Source: Eledone cirrhosa | Taxonomy: Eukaryota | Direction of reading: 5' to 3' | DNA: 64,000 nucleotides | NCBI GenBank assembly: GCA_964016885.1 | Contig: OZ024741.1 | Coordinates: 359,972,001 to 360,036,000 of the forward strand | Part shown: one piece after another, positions 30,771 to 44,409 of the stretch | How positions within the stretch are numbered: the first letter of the stretch is position 1 | Layout of the letters: each line of letters starts with the position of its first letter | The notes under the pieces: model-generated | Told to the model about the DNA's origin: nothing | What the model saw: only the letters and a program-made list of their open reading frames with translations | The model's database searches: none | Translations under genes and position numbers: made by a program

Positions 30771-32590
30771 TTATTTTCTTTCATTATTGTTTCTGAGATA
30801 TATGCCGAGTGTCTTCCTGACACCTAGGGTAAATAAATTCACAGTGTGCATTGGTAAGCCAGTTTATACAGCACATTGATTATAATAAAAAAAAAAACAG
30901 TATACATATATACACATGTGCATATGCATATGTAAATACAAGGAGGGATATCAATCTTACAGAGATAGTGCTCTTCTCAATTCGTGTGCAGTACCAGTCA
31001 AAACTATCTCGTGCAGAGAGGGTAAACCAGGAATCATTCGCAAATATTGTTCTGTTCCTTTCTTGATCATTCCCAGTCCACCCACAATCACTGGTATTGT
31101 AACGGCCTTGAGGTGCCACATTTTCTCAATTTCAATAAGCAGATCTTTATATTTTCGTAGCTTGTCAAATTCTTTTGCCGCGATATTGTGATCACATGGG
31201 ATGCTCATATCTATCAATAAACAGATCTTTTACAATGATGTCAGGTCTATTTGCTTTTATGGTCCTGTCAGTATGTACAGGAAAGTCCCAGAGAATTGTT
31301 ACTTTTTCTCCTTCAGTCACAGCCTCAGGGTGATGATTGTACTACTTGTCTTCAGCTTTGATTTTGTAATGCCCAGTGTAGATATTGGCCAACTCTGTCA
31401 TGTCTATATTTGTATTCTACTGGTGCTAAAACTTTACATCCAGAGACAAAGTGATCCACTGTTTCAACCTCAGCATTGCAGAATCGGTACTTTGGGTTTT
31501 TTCCATTTCTCATCACATTGGCCTGGTAATTACGAGTCAATGCTTGGGCAGCTAAGATGAAGCCTTCACTCTCTGCCTTTAGCCCTGAACTACGTGGCCA
31601 CTGATGGGTGTGCTTTTGGTCAACATCAGCTTGTTTGCTACGGGCCACATATTTGCCATGCAGAGGTTTCTGCTCCAAATTTGATGCTAATTGTCCTTGC
31701 CCTTTTGCTTTTGCCAGTGATTTTGTGTGCTTAGCAGCATCAGTTGCAACAGTTTCTTTAGTCTGTCCAGCCTGGGTATCAAGCATGAGATCAGTAGCAT
31801 ATGTTTTGCTCTCCTTCAAGATAGAATGAAGTTTCTTACTTCTCTCATGCTTTTCAACAAGTTTCAGCATACAGTCGTTAGTTGTTTCAAGGTATTTGGC
31901 CAGTCCAATGATGGTGGTCTTGTAAGCAAGTTCAAATTGGATCAGGCCACGGGCCCCTTGAGTTCTAGGAAGGTAAATACGATCCACATCTGCTTTTGGG
32001 TGGTGCATCCTATTACAGGTCAGTAGCTTACGGACTTTGGTGTCGATTCTTTTGATTTCACTCATATTCCAGTTCAACACACCGAAGCTATAAGTGACAA
32101 CTGGGATTGCCAAGGAATTTATGGCTAGCACCTTGTTACGAGCGTTTAGTTCTGATCTCAGAACTGCACGTACTCTCCTGTAACATTCTTTCCTTATCCT
32201 CTCTTTCATACTTGCATGCTGTATGCCAGAGCCCTCATTAATCCCTAAGTATTTATAGGTTTGTTCCTGCTCAAGTTCCTTTATGATTGATTCCGAGTTT
32301 TCCAGATTTTGTAGGAGTTTAAAATGTGTCTGTCTTGTGATGGCTTATCTAATGCATAGTAATATGCATATATTACTTCTTTATACTCTTCTCGGGTCCA
32401 TTTCATCCTTTTAGGATTTTCTTTTTGAGGTGGTTTGGGTGGTGGATTTGGAGGGCTCGAGTTGGGGCAATCCCCGATCAAGTGACCATCCAGGTTCATA
32501 AGTGGAGAAGAGTTTGTGCCAGAGAGGACTTTTCGATCTCAGGTTGGCACCTTCCTGAGGGACGTGTTTCCTGATTAACCATAGGAAAAG
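30771..32590 (-). mobile_element. R4/Dong-like RLE retrotransposon, copy 1, RT core deleted
   Basis: N-terminal RMKWTREE..EVI.AYY is joined at ~32287 to IKELEQEQTYKYLG, then thumb, YRHDRVGQYLHW and RLE motifs (NRPDI, LIDMSIP, KLRKYKDL, IPVIVGGLG). Confidence 0.85.
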
Positions 32591-32957
32591 CGATTTGGTA
32601 TTTTGTATTAATTTTTATTTGTTCATCTCAAAGTACATGCTTGCGTTACGCATGGTATTGGACGTACATGGAAAGTTGCTCTTTGGGTAGTGCATTTGTT
32701 GGCTGGCACTGAGATCATTATTACTATTATAACAGTATTGGTCATTGCTGTGTTGATTGAGGTGATATTGTTATGGTTGCAGCTGTAAGAGGTGTACAAG
32801 AATTTTCTCAACTGTTCTTGTGGTATGAGTGGTGTTGGTGGTGGTGGCAGGGAGATTAATGCTGGGGGTGGGGTGCTGGGAGTGGTAGTGGGTAGGGTGA
32901 CATTGTAGCTTATAGGAGTTGCTTCTCCGATGTTATTTTATTATTATTATTATTATT

Positions 32958-35427
32958 ACAGTTGCATTTATCTTGCTTTATGTTCATACGAGTTATCACC
33001 AAGTCACAACCAGTGACCTCAAGAGACAACAAGGTCCGCCATGTTCAAGAAAGAACATACATACTCACACATGCATCTTTAGGTGTTTAGACTTGTGATG
33101 TACTTATATTGACAGAATCTTCTTTAGTATATGGGCAGTTCCCATTAGTACTATCTTTTGTATTTCTCCTATACGCGGGTTTCCTGGGATTTGCGATAAG
33201 TAATCATTAGACCCCTTAGGTATCATTCCTAGAGCGCCTACAACCACTGGTATTGTTTTAGTTCTCAATTTCCACATTTTTCCAATTTCTATCTCCAGGT
33301 CCTTATACTTGCTCAATTTTTCAAATGTTTTTATAGATACATTCTTGTCTATTGGAACGGACATATCAATTAGCAGGCATACCCTCTTTTTAAAGTCCTT
33401 CAATATTATATCAGGTCTATTTGCATCTATTTTTCGGTCTGTTTGGATGCTAAAGTTCCACAAGATTGCGATGTGATCTTTTTCAAGTATGGGAGGTGGT
33501 TGATGCTCCCACCAATTCTTTTGATGGGGCAGGTCAAAATGCTTACACATTATCCAATGTATGTATTGTGCAGCTCTGTCATGCCTGTTTAGGTATTCGG
33601 TTGGAGCTATAGGACTGCACATTGAAATTATATGGTCAATGGTCTCTGGTTGTTTTTTTACATACATGGCATAATGGGCTGCATCCATTTTTTATTATGT
33701 TGGCTTGGTAATTTTTTGTTGGCAGACACTGATCTTGTGCTGATATAATCAGTCCTTCAGTCTCCGATTTCACTCCAGAGGATGCCAACCACTGATGGGT
33801 TAAAGTTTTGTCAACATCAGGATTGTTAGCTCGTTCTGGGTATTTTCCATACAGAGGCTTTTCTTGCCATTTCCTAGCCAGTTTCTGTAGCAGTTCTTTC
33901 TTTGCAGTTACTTCTACCTGCTTTGCTTTTTCTGTGTTTTCCATTTCAGCAGTAAATGGGACTTCTGAAATTTGTAGTCCATTACTGTATCTTTGTGCAT
34001 CTTTTGTAATGGAGTATGATCTTTTGATGCTTTCGTGTTTCAAAACGAGTTTGATCATCCAATCATGTGATTCCCTTAGATATGTAGATAATCCAATTGT
34101 TGCAGTTTTCAACGCAATGTCTAACTGGATTAACCCACGTCCTCCTTCTTTCCTAGGGAGATATATTCTATCTGTATCTGCCTTAGGGTGATGCATTATG
34201 TGCATGGTTAAGAATTTTCGAATTTTTGTATCGAGCCTACGGATCTCTGTGCTTGACCAGTTGATGACATTGTAACTGTAGGTTACTACTGGTATGGCAA
34301 GCGTGTTTATGGCATCGATCCTATTCCTTGCATTCAATTCCGTTCTTAAGATTGCTCTTACTCTGCGGTAACATTCCTTCCTTATCCTTTCCCTCATTGT
34401 CGAGTGCTTGATTCCATCTCCTTCACAAACACCTAGATATTTGTAAGTTTCCTCTTGATCAAGTTCTCTTATCACATTCCCCGATCAAGATTAATGTCTG
34501 AACTCTTCAGCAGCTTTCCTCTGGTGAACGTTGCTTTGGCGCATTTATCTAGTCCAAACTCCATTTTAATGTCATCACTGAACTGCTCCACAGTGGATAA
34601 TAGCCCTTGCAATTGTTCATCATTTTTTGCAAATAGTTTCAGGTCATCCATGTAGAACAAGTGATTAATGGTTTTGTCATAGACTCTATATCCATGCTTT
34701 GTTTCATTGAGCATTTTACTTAATGGTATAAGTGCGATGCAGAATAAAAGCGGTGATAAAGAATCACCCTGAAAAATTCCACAATTAATATTAACTTCTC
34801 CAGCTTCCAGTGATTTTGTTTCACTATTCAAAAGGAGTGTCGTTTTCCATGTCTTCATACTGAATGACAAAAACCTCCTGACAACGGGAGATATTTTGAA
34901 AATCTCTAAACATTTTTCAATCCAACTGTGTGGCAACACTATCGAATGCTTTTTTATAATCTATCCAAGCAATTGATAGATTTTTGTGTCTATTATGACA
35001 ATCTTCCAGTATCATTTTGTTAACCAAAAGCTGATCCTTACAGCCATATGAGCCTCGTTTACACCCTTTCTGCTCAATGGGAAATAGGTCATTTGTTATC
35101 AGGTGGTCATATGTATATTCAGTTAGGACTGATGTTAAAATTTTATACATTGTGGTCAAGCAAGTTATCGGTCTGTAATTTTTGGGATTGTTTGTCTCAT
35201 CATTCTTCGGAAGCAGGAATGTAATGCCGTTAACTAGCCATGATGGTATCTTTTCTGGCTCCTTAACTATTTCATTGTAAAGTTGGGCTAACAGCTCATG
35301 AGACTCTGTGAAGGCATTTATCCAAAAATTTTGTATTTTGTCTTTTCCTGGGGATTTCCATTTGCTGGTTTTTCTTAGAGCCAAACGCAACTGTTCAACT
35401 GTTATATTTTCCCATATTTGTTCCTCA
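32958..35427 (-). mobile_element. R4/Dong-like RLE retrotransposon, copy 2, 5'-truncated and frameshifted
   Basis: WKSPGKD, NYRPITCL, IDYKKAFDSV, IFQGDSLSPLLF, YMDD, YKYLG, RHD, NRPDI, KLSKYKDL across four overlapping ORFs (33104-35390). (TAA)n on both sides in element sense (32935-32958, 35428-35454). Confidence 0.9.
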
Positions 35428-35452
35428 ATTATTATTATTATTATTATTATTA

Positions 35453-35953
35453 TTTAGCCGGGAAGGGCAGGCAGTTTTTATCTGTCTGGTGGCCATGGCG
35501 AAAGAGATAGTATGGTGGACACGTTTGAAAGGGCTGAAGACGAGCACTTACCTCTTCGGTGATGCCCTGATTAACTTTTTCAAATTTCATTTGAAAAGGA
35601 AAATCAGGGTAGAGAAGGAAGTGCTCTCTTCCCAGCATTTTGTTGAAAGATGGGTGAGAGAAGCAAGTATGGCCCGAGTGAATGGGCGTACTATGAGTAT
35701 GTGTCTGTAAATTAAAGGTGGAAAACTGGGAGAGGGCACTTGCCCTGGTGGTCACTGTGGTCTTTTAATGAGCTTTCTCCACAAATGTCCCTCGGAAGTC
35801 TCCCCCCCCCCCTATTGGGGAATTTTTCTTTGTTATTTTATTACACCCTCTGTTTTTTTTTACACGCAGAAATGCCCATTTGTACCGTCCTGTATTGTCC
35901 TGTACTGTCCTTAATGTCTACTTTATGTAAACCCTTGTGGTTAATAAAGAAAA

Positions 35954-35954
<1 letters not shown>
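35453..35954 (+). mobile_element. 5'-truncated Tx1 family B copy
   Basis: Matches 41457-41976 (KEIVWWTRLKGL...SMCL plus 3'UTR); flanked by (ATT)n on both sides. Confidence 0.92.
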
Positions 35955-36020
<66 letters not shown>

Positions 36021-39000
36021 GAATGCTATGGTTGACGGAGGCTCGGCTCTGTAAGGTATTGTAAATTTTGACCGCTATAACAATTGTAAATTGTTTAAAA
36101 CTTTAACCAACTTGTAGACAAAAACACCCTCCTCCTCGTGAGAGGGGTCTTTCTGCCCGTTATTTGGCCCTTCGGGGTTAAATAACTGCTTATTGGGGTT
36201 TTGTGCCCAATATTTATTTTAAACAAAAAAACAACATGGCTACGAAAAAGAATTTTCATAGGTCACTCCCACTCATTCCGTCTTCTTCTTCCTCAATCGT
36301 CACTACAGCAGAGAGAAGATTGTCTCTCTCCCGCCCTTCTTTAAATGTGTCTCTCTCCCTCCCTTCTCTTTCGCAAGCGACGACAGAAAAGAAAAGTCTC
36401 GTGCAAAGCGTGTAAGATTTCTCCACGACGACGACGACAGCGACGAAACAGGTGTGCGGGAAATACGAAAACCCAGTTCATTCGTCTGACGACAGGAATA
36501 ATAGCAGTAGCAGCCGTAATAACAACAGCAACAGTGACAATGAAAACAACAGTAGCAGCCGCAACAGCATCAGCAGCAGCATAAACAACAACAGCATTAG
36601 CAGCAGCAACAACAACAACAACCACAGCAGCAGCGGCGGCGGCAGTAGTCGTAGTACCTGCAGCAACAACAAAAGTAACAGCAGCTCTGACGACAACAAC
36701 AACAACAACAGCAGCAAAGAAAAACCAATCTCGTTTGCAGGTATCGCAAAGAACCTGGAAACGATCCTCATAACAAATGAGGAATTAGAGGAAGCGAAGA
36801 AGATGGTGACAAAAACTGGACACCGAGCAATCTGCAAGGCAGCGGAAAAATTTTTCGAAACCCAACAGCACTGTACGGTCACGTACCGAACAGTAAGTAC
36901 AAAATCCCGTAGGGTTGGGGTCTGTGTGGCAGCGGAAAACGCACATCACCCGAGGCAAGAAATATGCCACCGTAGACGTACTTTTTGCCACACCCCAGGA
37001 GGCAAAGGATCAATCCTTAGTGACCCTAAGGAGCGAGGAAATGGTGTTGGTGCCCTCCTACTGCGGGCAAAAAATTGTGAGGGTCAAACTGACCCACGTC
37101 CCCCCCCGGGATGGCCCCTTCTTGGCTGGCCGCGTCTGTCCTCGTCGGAATCGAGGACAAAACAACTGTACTGCAAGTACAGAAAAAAGTAAGAGAAGAT
37201 TGGGTCGGCACCTCCATTGAGATGTTAATCCAAACCAACCAGGAGTGCATCGAAGCTATCCCGGATGTGATAGACTTCGATAACGGCACTCAATTGCCCA
37301 TAAGTGTTGAGGGCAAACGCCCGAAATGCTTTCCCTGTGGATCGAGGACTCACATCAGGGCCTTCTGCAACGAGAAGACCCTGAGAAAGGAGAAAACCCC
37401 CCTCCTTCCGAAACCGGCTCCACGGCTACCAGCAACAGGACAAGCGGCAACCAGGAACGATAGGTCCGTGGCACCCATACCCACGCCACGGAAATCAAAA
37501 ACAGCAGCAGCAGTGGAAGTATTAACAACAACAACAGCAATACCAAATGCAGCTGCAACAGAGACTCCAGTGCGAACATCACCACCAACAACAAGTGAAA
37601 GAGTGGAGCTGGTACCCCTCCCCGACCTCACAGAATCAGACATGGAGTGTGAGGTGGGAGGGGGATGGCACAAACGCAGAAGCAGCGCATCGTCGCCTTC
37701 GAAAATGGAGGAAAGAAATGAAAAAAGGGTAAAGGCTACTGCAAAGAGACTCACAGCAGCAACTCCACCAACACCATCACCACCCACACTAGCACCACCA
37801 TCACCCCGGCGACAACCCCACCGCCAACAACAACAACACCTTCAACACCACCACCACAAGCACCAACATCGCAAACACAACAACAAAACACACACACCCA
37901 GCAACAACGACAAGAAAATAGCAGAACCACACCCCACCCCCAGAAAAACAAATGCACAGCAATAAATACACACAACAAGAAACTAATGACTTACATAATT
38001 GAACACACAGACATTTCACAACACGACTACATAATACCAGCACCAATCAAAACGCCAACTAACATAAGACTGCTAAAAATAGCACAGAAACAATACACAA
38101 ACATTAAAACGAAATTCCCCAACGCAGTTGGTGATTTCAGAGACCTAGGAGGGACTCTCAATCGAAGAGTATATTCGGACATACTCATAGAAGAGCCGAC
38201 AACCAGCCGAAGGGACGATTCAGCGGTCCCTTCACCAGACGATCAAGTGAAAAGGGATGGAAAAAACCATCCCTCCTCTACGAAAAGTACGGTAAGTGGT
38301 CTTTCCCATCTTTTCCACTCTATTTTAAACATGACCTCACTCAGAATAAGCAGCATAAATGCGCGTGGATTGGGGTCGTCGTGGAAGAAGGGTCACCTGC
38401 TCAACGACCTCAGGTCACTAAACATAGATGTAGTGGCCATCAGCGAGACCAGAATCTCCGAAGCACGGGCCTTCGCACCGATCTTCGGCGGCTACGATGT
38501 GTACGCATCTCCCAGCCGTCCTGGATCGGAGGAGGAGTTGCTGTGCTTTTTCGGAGAGGTTTGGATCTCGCCATACAGGCCATCTTCCTGGACCCAGAGG
38601 GTAAGTTGGTGGTGCTGGACGTGACCAGCGGAGACGGGCAAGCTTTCAGGCTAGTGGCCGTCTATGCCCCGACAGGAGCAGGGCGGCCTGATTTCTTCCG
38701 GCGTCTGGAGACCTTTCTTGGAACGTCCCGCTCTTTAGTATTAGTGGGCGACTGGCACGGGATCTTAGATGCACGCTGGGACTGTGTGGGATTAGCGGAT
38801 AGGGGTGGAGGGTGCAAGAGCCTCAACAACCTGCTCAGGCGTTTTGAACTGTCTGACAGGTACCGATTGGATTTCCCGAATGTGCCAATGTGGACTTGGA
38901 CAAATCGCATATGGTCATCCAGATCATATCTAGATAGAGTATTTTGTAGGGAAATAGATAGGTCTAGCATAGGCTGTCCACAATTCAAGATAGTCAGCTA

Positions 39001-41974
39001 CACGGACCACAAATTCGTGATCTGTGTGCTTGACTTAGATAGGCTTCATAGACGAGGACCCGGCTACTGGAAGCTAAACGCGTCCTTACCAGCGCGCAAG
39101 GCCTACAGAGACCGGTTTAGCGAACTAGTTAAGCGGGCGTTGACGGGGGCCATCGTCAACAACAAGTGGTGGTTTGCTCTGAAAAGAGCGATTAGAATAG
39201 AATGCATTAGGTTTAGTAAGGCTTTAGCGATAGAGAAAAATAGAGCAGAGGGAGAACTAGTTAGAAAATTAGACGAGGCGCTTAGCAAAGGCATTGCGAC
39301 CGACGTGCTTGCGGCGAAATTGGCCCTTGACCAATTCTTCAATGCAAAGCACGAAGGCTGCGTTGTCAGAGCTAGGGTGCGTGCTCTCAGACACGAGGGC
39401 CCGAGTGGCGGAGGCGCGTCGTGGCAACAAAGCCACGATCCGGTCTTTGGTGGACCACGACGGGCGCATGCTACTCGATCCCGGGCAAATGTGTGAAGCT
39501 TTTCAGCGACACTTCACTCAGCTGTTCGGGGGCAGCGGTGGGCCGGGTCGAGGGATGGACTTTAGTGTCTACCTCGACGGACTGCCGCGGCTCTCGGCCA
39601 CTGAGGCGGAGTGTTGCGAAAAGCCGATAACAGCCGCTGAAGTAAGAGAGGCAATGACTGGCTGCTCAAGGGGTAAATCGCCTGGTTTGGATGGCCTGCC
39701 CTATGAACTTTACGTACAGATGCCAGACTTGGCGGACGTCTACTGCAACTGGCAACAGAACGGGAGAATTCCCAGTTCTGTGAGCCGAGGAGCGGTGGCA
39801 CTGCTGAGAAAGGATCCGAACAAGGGGGATAACATAGATCATTTCCGGCCCATAACTCTGCTAAACACAGAGTTCAAGATTTTGGCCAAGGTGCTAGCAA
39901 AGAGGTTGGCACTTGTCGTTGGTGGTCTGGTGGGAGAGGCGCAGACATGCGCCATTCCCGACAGATCCATCCACGACAACCTCCACCTCATGCGATACAT
40001 CGTAGAGAGGGTAGCTAGGGAACCTGGCACGAGTGGGTCCTTGATCAATTTAGATCAGTCGAAAGCTTTCGATAGCGTCGACCATCGTTACCTAGCGGCA
40101 GTCCTGATGGCGGCTGGCTTTGGGCCCGTCTTCAGAGGCTGGATCGCTGCCATGCACAGCGACATCTGCTCTGTGGTGAGAGTGAACGGTCACCTTTCGG
40201 AACCGTTCAACATCATGCGCTCGGTCCGCCAAGGATGTCCCCTCTCGTCCCTCTTGTACGTATTGACTCTCGAGCCATTACTGCACAAGCTGGAGACGTT
40301 GAGGGGGCGTCCCGCGCGAACTAGGATGCGGAAGATCCGTGTCAGCATATGCGGACGATGTCACCGTAGTGGTGTCGAACGCCAAACACATCGAGGCGAT
40401 CGGCACTACGCTAAGAGAATACGAAGCGGTGACAGGAGCAATGATCAACCAGGAAAAGTGAGTGGGCCTGCAGCTCGGCACCTGGAGAGGCAGGTCCATG
40501 CCGTCCAACAGCGTCGTCGGACGCTGGACGGACGGACCGGTTAAATTGCTAGGGGTCTGGTTCGGTCCGGACCTCCAGACGGACAAAAACTGGGACGAGG
40601 TGACGAGCAGGGTGGCTTCTCTCACCCAGAAATGGGCGGAGAGGAAGCTATCCCTGAAAGGTCGAGCGGAGGTGGCTAACGCGTACATCGCGTCTGTCAT
40701 CTGCTACCGCCTGACCGTCGTACCTTGTCCTAAGCCTCGCCTGACTGCGCTGGAGCGTTTGCTCTTTCGCTTTTTGTGGAAGGGACGCGCTCCGATGGTC
40801 AGGCGGTCCATCTGTTGTCAACACCCGCTACGTGGAGGGCTGGGCATGCCGTGGCTGATGATGCGCAGGCACGCGCTCAGGCTACGACATCTCCACCTCT
40901 TCCTCGACGGTGATCAGGTGTGGTCATCGTTTGCTAGACACGTATTTCCCCAGCTCGTTTCCTTGACGGAGCTGCAGTCCTGGGTCAAGCGAAGACCGAG
41001 AGGGAGCGCCTGGAGACTGGAATGTCTTCAGGCGCTCACAGCCCTCGACCAATCGGGCAATGTGATCGGTGGAAACTCCACCTCGGCGTTCTATAGAGGA
41101 TTAGTGGAGGGGAAGAGCGACGACGTACTTGGGGAACTCTAGGCGTCGACGAAAATCAACTAGCCAATCTCTTCGGAAGAACTTTCGGGCCAGGGCCTAT
41201 GGACAACTTCCAGAAATCTCTGGCCTGGCAGTGCTACCGAGGAGCCTTGCCAGTTCGGGATAAACTCTACAGGCATGGAGGTGCCGTCAGCCGGGCATGT
41301 CCGAGATGCGCGCAGGGAGACGAAACCGTCCTGCACGCACTCGTCCAGTGTCCGAAAATTTCTGACTTGTGGGTTTATGTCGAACACCTGCTGTCGCGTG
41401 TAGAACGGATCCGACTATCAGCTGAGTCCATCGTGAGGTGTGCCCCGCCCTCCCCCTTTAGCCGGGAAGGGCAGGCAGTTTCTATCTGTCTGGTGGCCAT
41501 GGCGAAAGAGATAGTATGGTGGACACGTTTGAAAGGGCTGAAGACGAACACTTACCTCTTCGGTGATGCCCTGATTAACTTTTTCAAATTTCATTTGAAA
41601 AGGAAAATCAGAGTAGAGAGAGAAGTGCTCTCTTCCCAGCATTTTGTTGAAAGATGGGTGAGAGAAGCAAGAATGGCCCGAGTGAATAGGCCGACTCTGA
41701 GTATGTGTCTGTAAATTAAAGGTGGAAAACTGGGAGAGGGCACTTGCCTTGGTGGTCAGGGTCACTGTGGCCTTTTACTGGGCTTTCTCCACAAATGTCC
41801 CTCCGAAGTCTCCCCCCTATTGGGGAATTTTTCATTGTTATTTTCATTGTTATTTTTGTTACATCCTCTGTTTTTGTTTTTTTACACGCAGAAATGCCCA
41901 TTTGTACCGTCCTGCATTGTCCTGCACTGTCCTTAATGTCTACTTTATGTAAACCCTTGTGGTTAATAAAGAAA

Positions 41975-41976
<2 letters not shown>
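36021..41976 (+). mobile_element. Full-length Tx1 family B element, frameshifted
   Basis: ORF1 remnants 36236-38295 (CFPCGSRTHIRAFC knuckle; Ser/Asn-rich N-terminus from AGC/AAC repeats). ORF2 from ATG 38331 to 41714 in pieces, clearly homologous to Tx1-A ORF2. Ends AATAAAGAAATC plus (ATT)~20. Confidence 0.92.
38331..41714 (+). pseudogene. Tx1-B ORF2 (APE-RT), several frameshifts and stops
   Basis: INARGLGSSWK, VGDWH, SYLDR, TDHK, KSPGLDG, LDQSKAFD, VRQGCPLS, YADD (frameshifted), CPRC...ETVLHALVQC. Confidence 0.9.
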
Positions 41977-42036
<60 letters not shown>

Positions 42037-42149
42037 GTTCTTTGAGTCTCAGTCATTGATGTTAGTTAACTGGAAAGTTTGTTGAAATGAATATCAAGCC
42101 ACTACCTGCAGCCTCAGATATTCAGGACGTATCGGAGGGTTCTTGCAGT

Positions 42150-42212
<63 letters not shown>

Positions 42213-43339
42213 CCAGGCTGATCCTTTGAATTACTTACAGAACTTATTTTTCCCAGCTGTGTGCACTAGAACAACATAAAATAAAGTATCTTGGTCAAGG
42301 ACATAACGCATCGCCAGGTATCGAACTCACGACTTTATTGATCACGAGAAGAAAACTAACTCACGCACTTTTCTTTCAATTCCTAACCATTCTAAATCCT
42401 TTTAACCCATTAGCATTTAAACCGGCCGTATCCACCCAGAATTCTCTCACCTCTTTCTGCTCAAACCAACCGTAACCGGCCGTTCATGCTGATTTTAAGG
42501 TATTTTTCTCAAAATAAATTATATCAAAATCTCATCGATTCGATATTAAGTGAGATAATTATATGAGATAAAGTGTTTACCTTGAAAATACAATAGTAAA
42601 TATAAAGTAATGTAAATGCTAAAGGGTTAATAAGAGTTATCTCCCTTGCACCAGGATTTTTTGCCCCATATTGAGCTAGAATCAATATGGTTGCTTTAAC
42701 TAGCACAGGTCAGCGTTAAGTATACAGTTATTTCCCTTTATCTATTGGGTTCATTGCTGTTGGTCAACTTTGCTTTTTCGTATTATAAGCGACTTTGGGT
42801 CTCTTTATAACATCTTCACACCATTACAAGCATTCTAATCATCTGCCACCCTCATCCTAAGGTTAATGCTTCACTCACATTGTTCTGTAAACGTTCAGCC
42901 TGGGTAACAGCCACACCAGTCTCTTAATTCTAAGAAGGTCTGTAAGATTGTTCATGGGCTCTGCCGATGCTCTCCCAATTCCCCGATTAACGTTTGAAAT
43001 ACCGAGCAAGATTTTGTTGGCTTCGGACAGGCCTTATTCGTTTAAACTATATTCTATTGCAAACAGGTCATATGGAATCAGCTTTGTGTTCTTGTGGAGA
43101 CTATTCACGATCAAAAGGTTATGGGTTCCATTCCTAGACCGGGAAGAAAATACTTTATATCCCGCTGATTCATCTGTCAGGAGTTGCAACCAACAGGCAG
43201 TATCAAGAATTTAAATATGGTTTCTTTGTCCGATCTGACGACTGAACCGTTTCCCTTTTTAATGTGCTTGGTTTAATAGTTAGTGTGTTGGACCTGCGGT
43301 CATAAAAGTCTGTCTGTCTTAAGCCAGAAGGCTCGTTAG

Positions 43340-43585
43340 GCCGGTGCTTATCCCGGTTTCATGGCGTGAAGCGACTGAGAGTACATGACTACCCCTGGAC
43401 AGGACGCCAGTCTATTGCAGGGTTAAACTCCCAGCTATTACTGGTACTCATTTTCAGTTGAGTATACTGAAGCAACGTGAAATGAAGTGTTTTGCTCAAG
43501 AACACAAAACGCAACCCAGCCCAAGTATCGAACCCACGACATTATGATCGTAAGTCCAACAACCTTACCACCAAGCCACACGTTT
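43340..43585 (-). mobile_element. tRNA-derived SINE family 2 (also ~42220-42370, 46180-46430, and a split copy at 48817-49260)
   Basis: Minus strand TGGCTTGGTGGTAAG, GGGTTCGATAC, GTGTTCTTGAGCAAAACACTTCATTTCACGTTGCT, with 3' TTCACGCCATGAAACCGGG. Confidence 0.72.
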
Positions 43586-44409
43586 ATAAGGTCGTCATGA
43601 TTTCGATTCATGAACAGAACGTCGCATTGTATTCTAGAGGATAATAATTTAATTTCATTTTGCTCCTTTTTCCAGGAGTTGCGACGGGCAGTTAGCATCA
43701 GCAATGCAAAAACCAATGGAAACGTTACTTTATTTGTTCGATCTGACAATTAGCTCCTTTCCTTTTTTTGTTCCAATGCCAAATTTACCAAGGTTGGAGG
43801 TGCAATTTAATTTCAGCGATTCGCCAACTAATAATAAACTCTCCCAATTCATGGAGGTTACAAAAAGATTTATCAACAGAAACATTCAATTAGTCTGTAT
43901 CTATCTTCGCCCTCCTTCTTTTTCTTCATTTTTTTTTCTACCCTGATTTTATTTCTTCTTTAGATACCTTCCTCGGTTTGCCATGGCTTACCATCTTTAG
44001 AAGGTGTTTTAAAATGATTAAATAAGCAAGGAAATAGATAAATAAACAAATAAATGAGCTAAATTAAAAATAGTCGTAAGAGAAAAGAAGGAAATGAAAT
44101 CACAAAGGATTTTCTTGAAAGGAAATATAATAGAAATGTGTGCATATCATTTCCCATATTTTCCTTTTCTTATTTTCTCTGATATATTTCTATTGATTTA
44201 TTTCTTCTGTAAATCATCATATAAATTGAACAGCAACACGTGTAAAATATATTCAACGCTAGCACGAATTAAAATGAAACTTTGAAAAGTTACTTGTAGT
44301 GAAACCGTACAAAAGCTAATTAGATAATAAATGACTATTTCTGCAAACTAACCTGTATATATAACATCTTCAGACATTTAATATTATTTTCTCCTATACA
44401 AACATACAT

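Noticed and set aside
36126-36200. HDV-like ribozyme suggested by CCTCCTCGTG
   Set aside because: I could not build P1/P2/P3 pairings for the nested double pseudoknot by eye.
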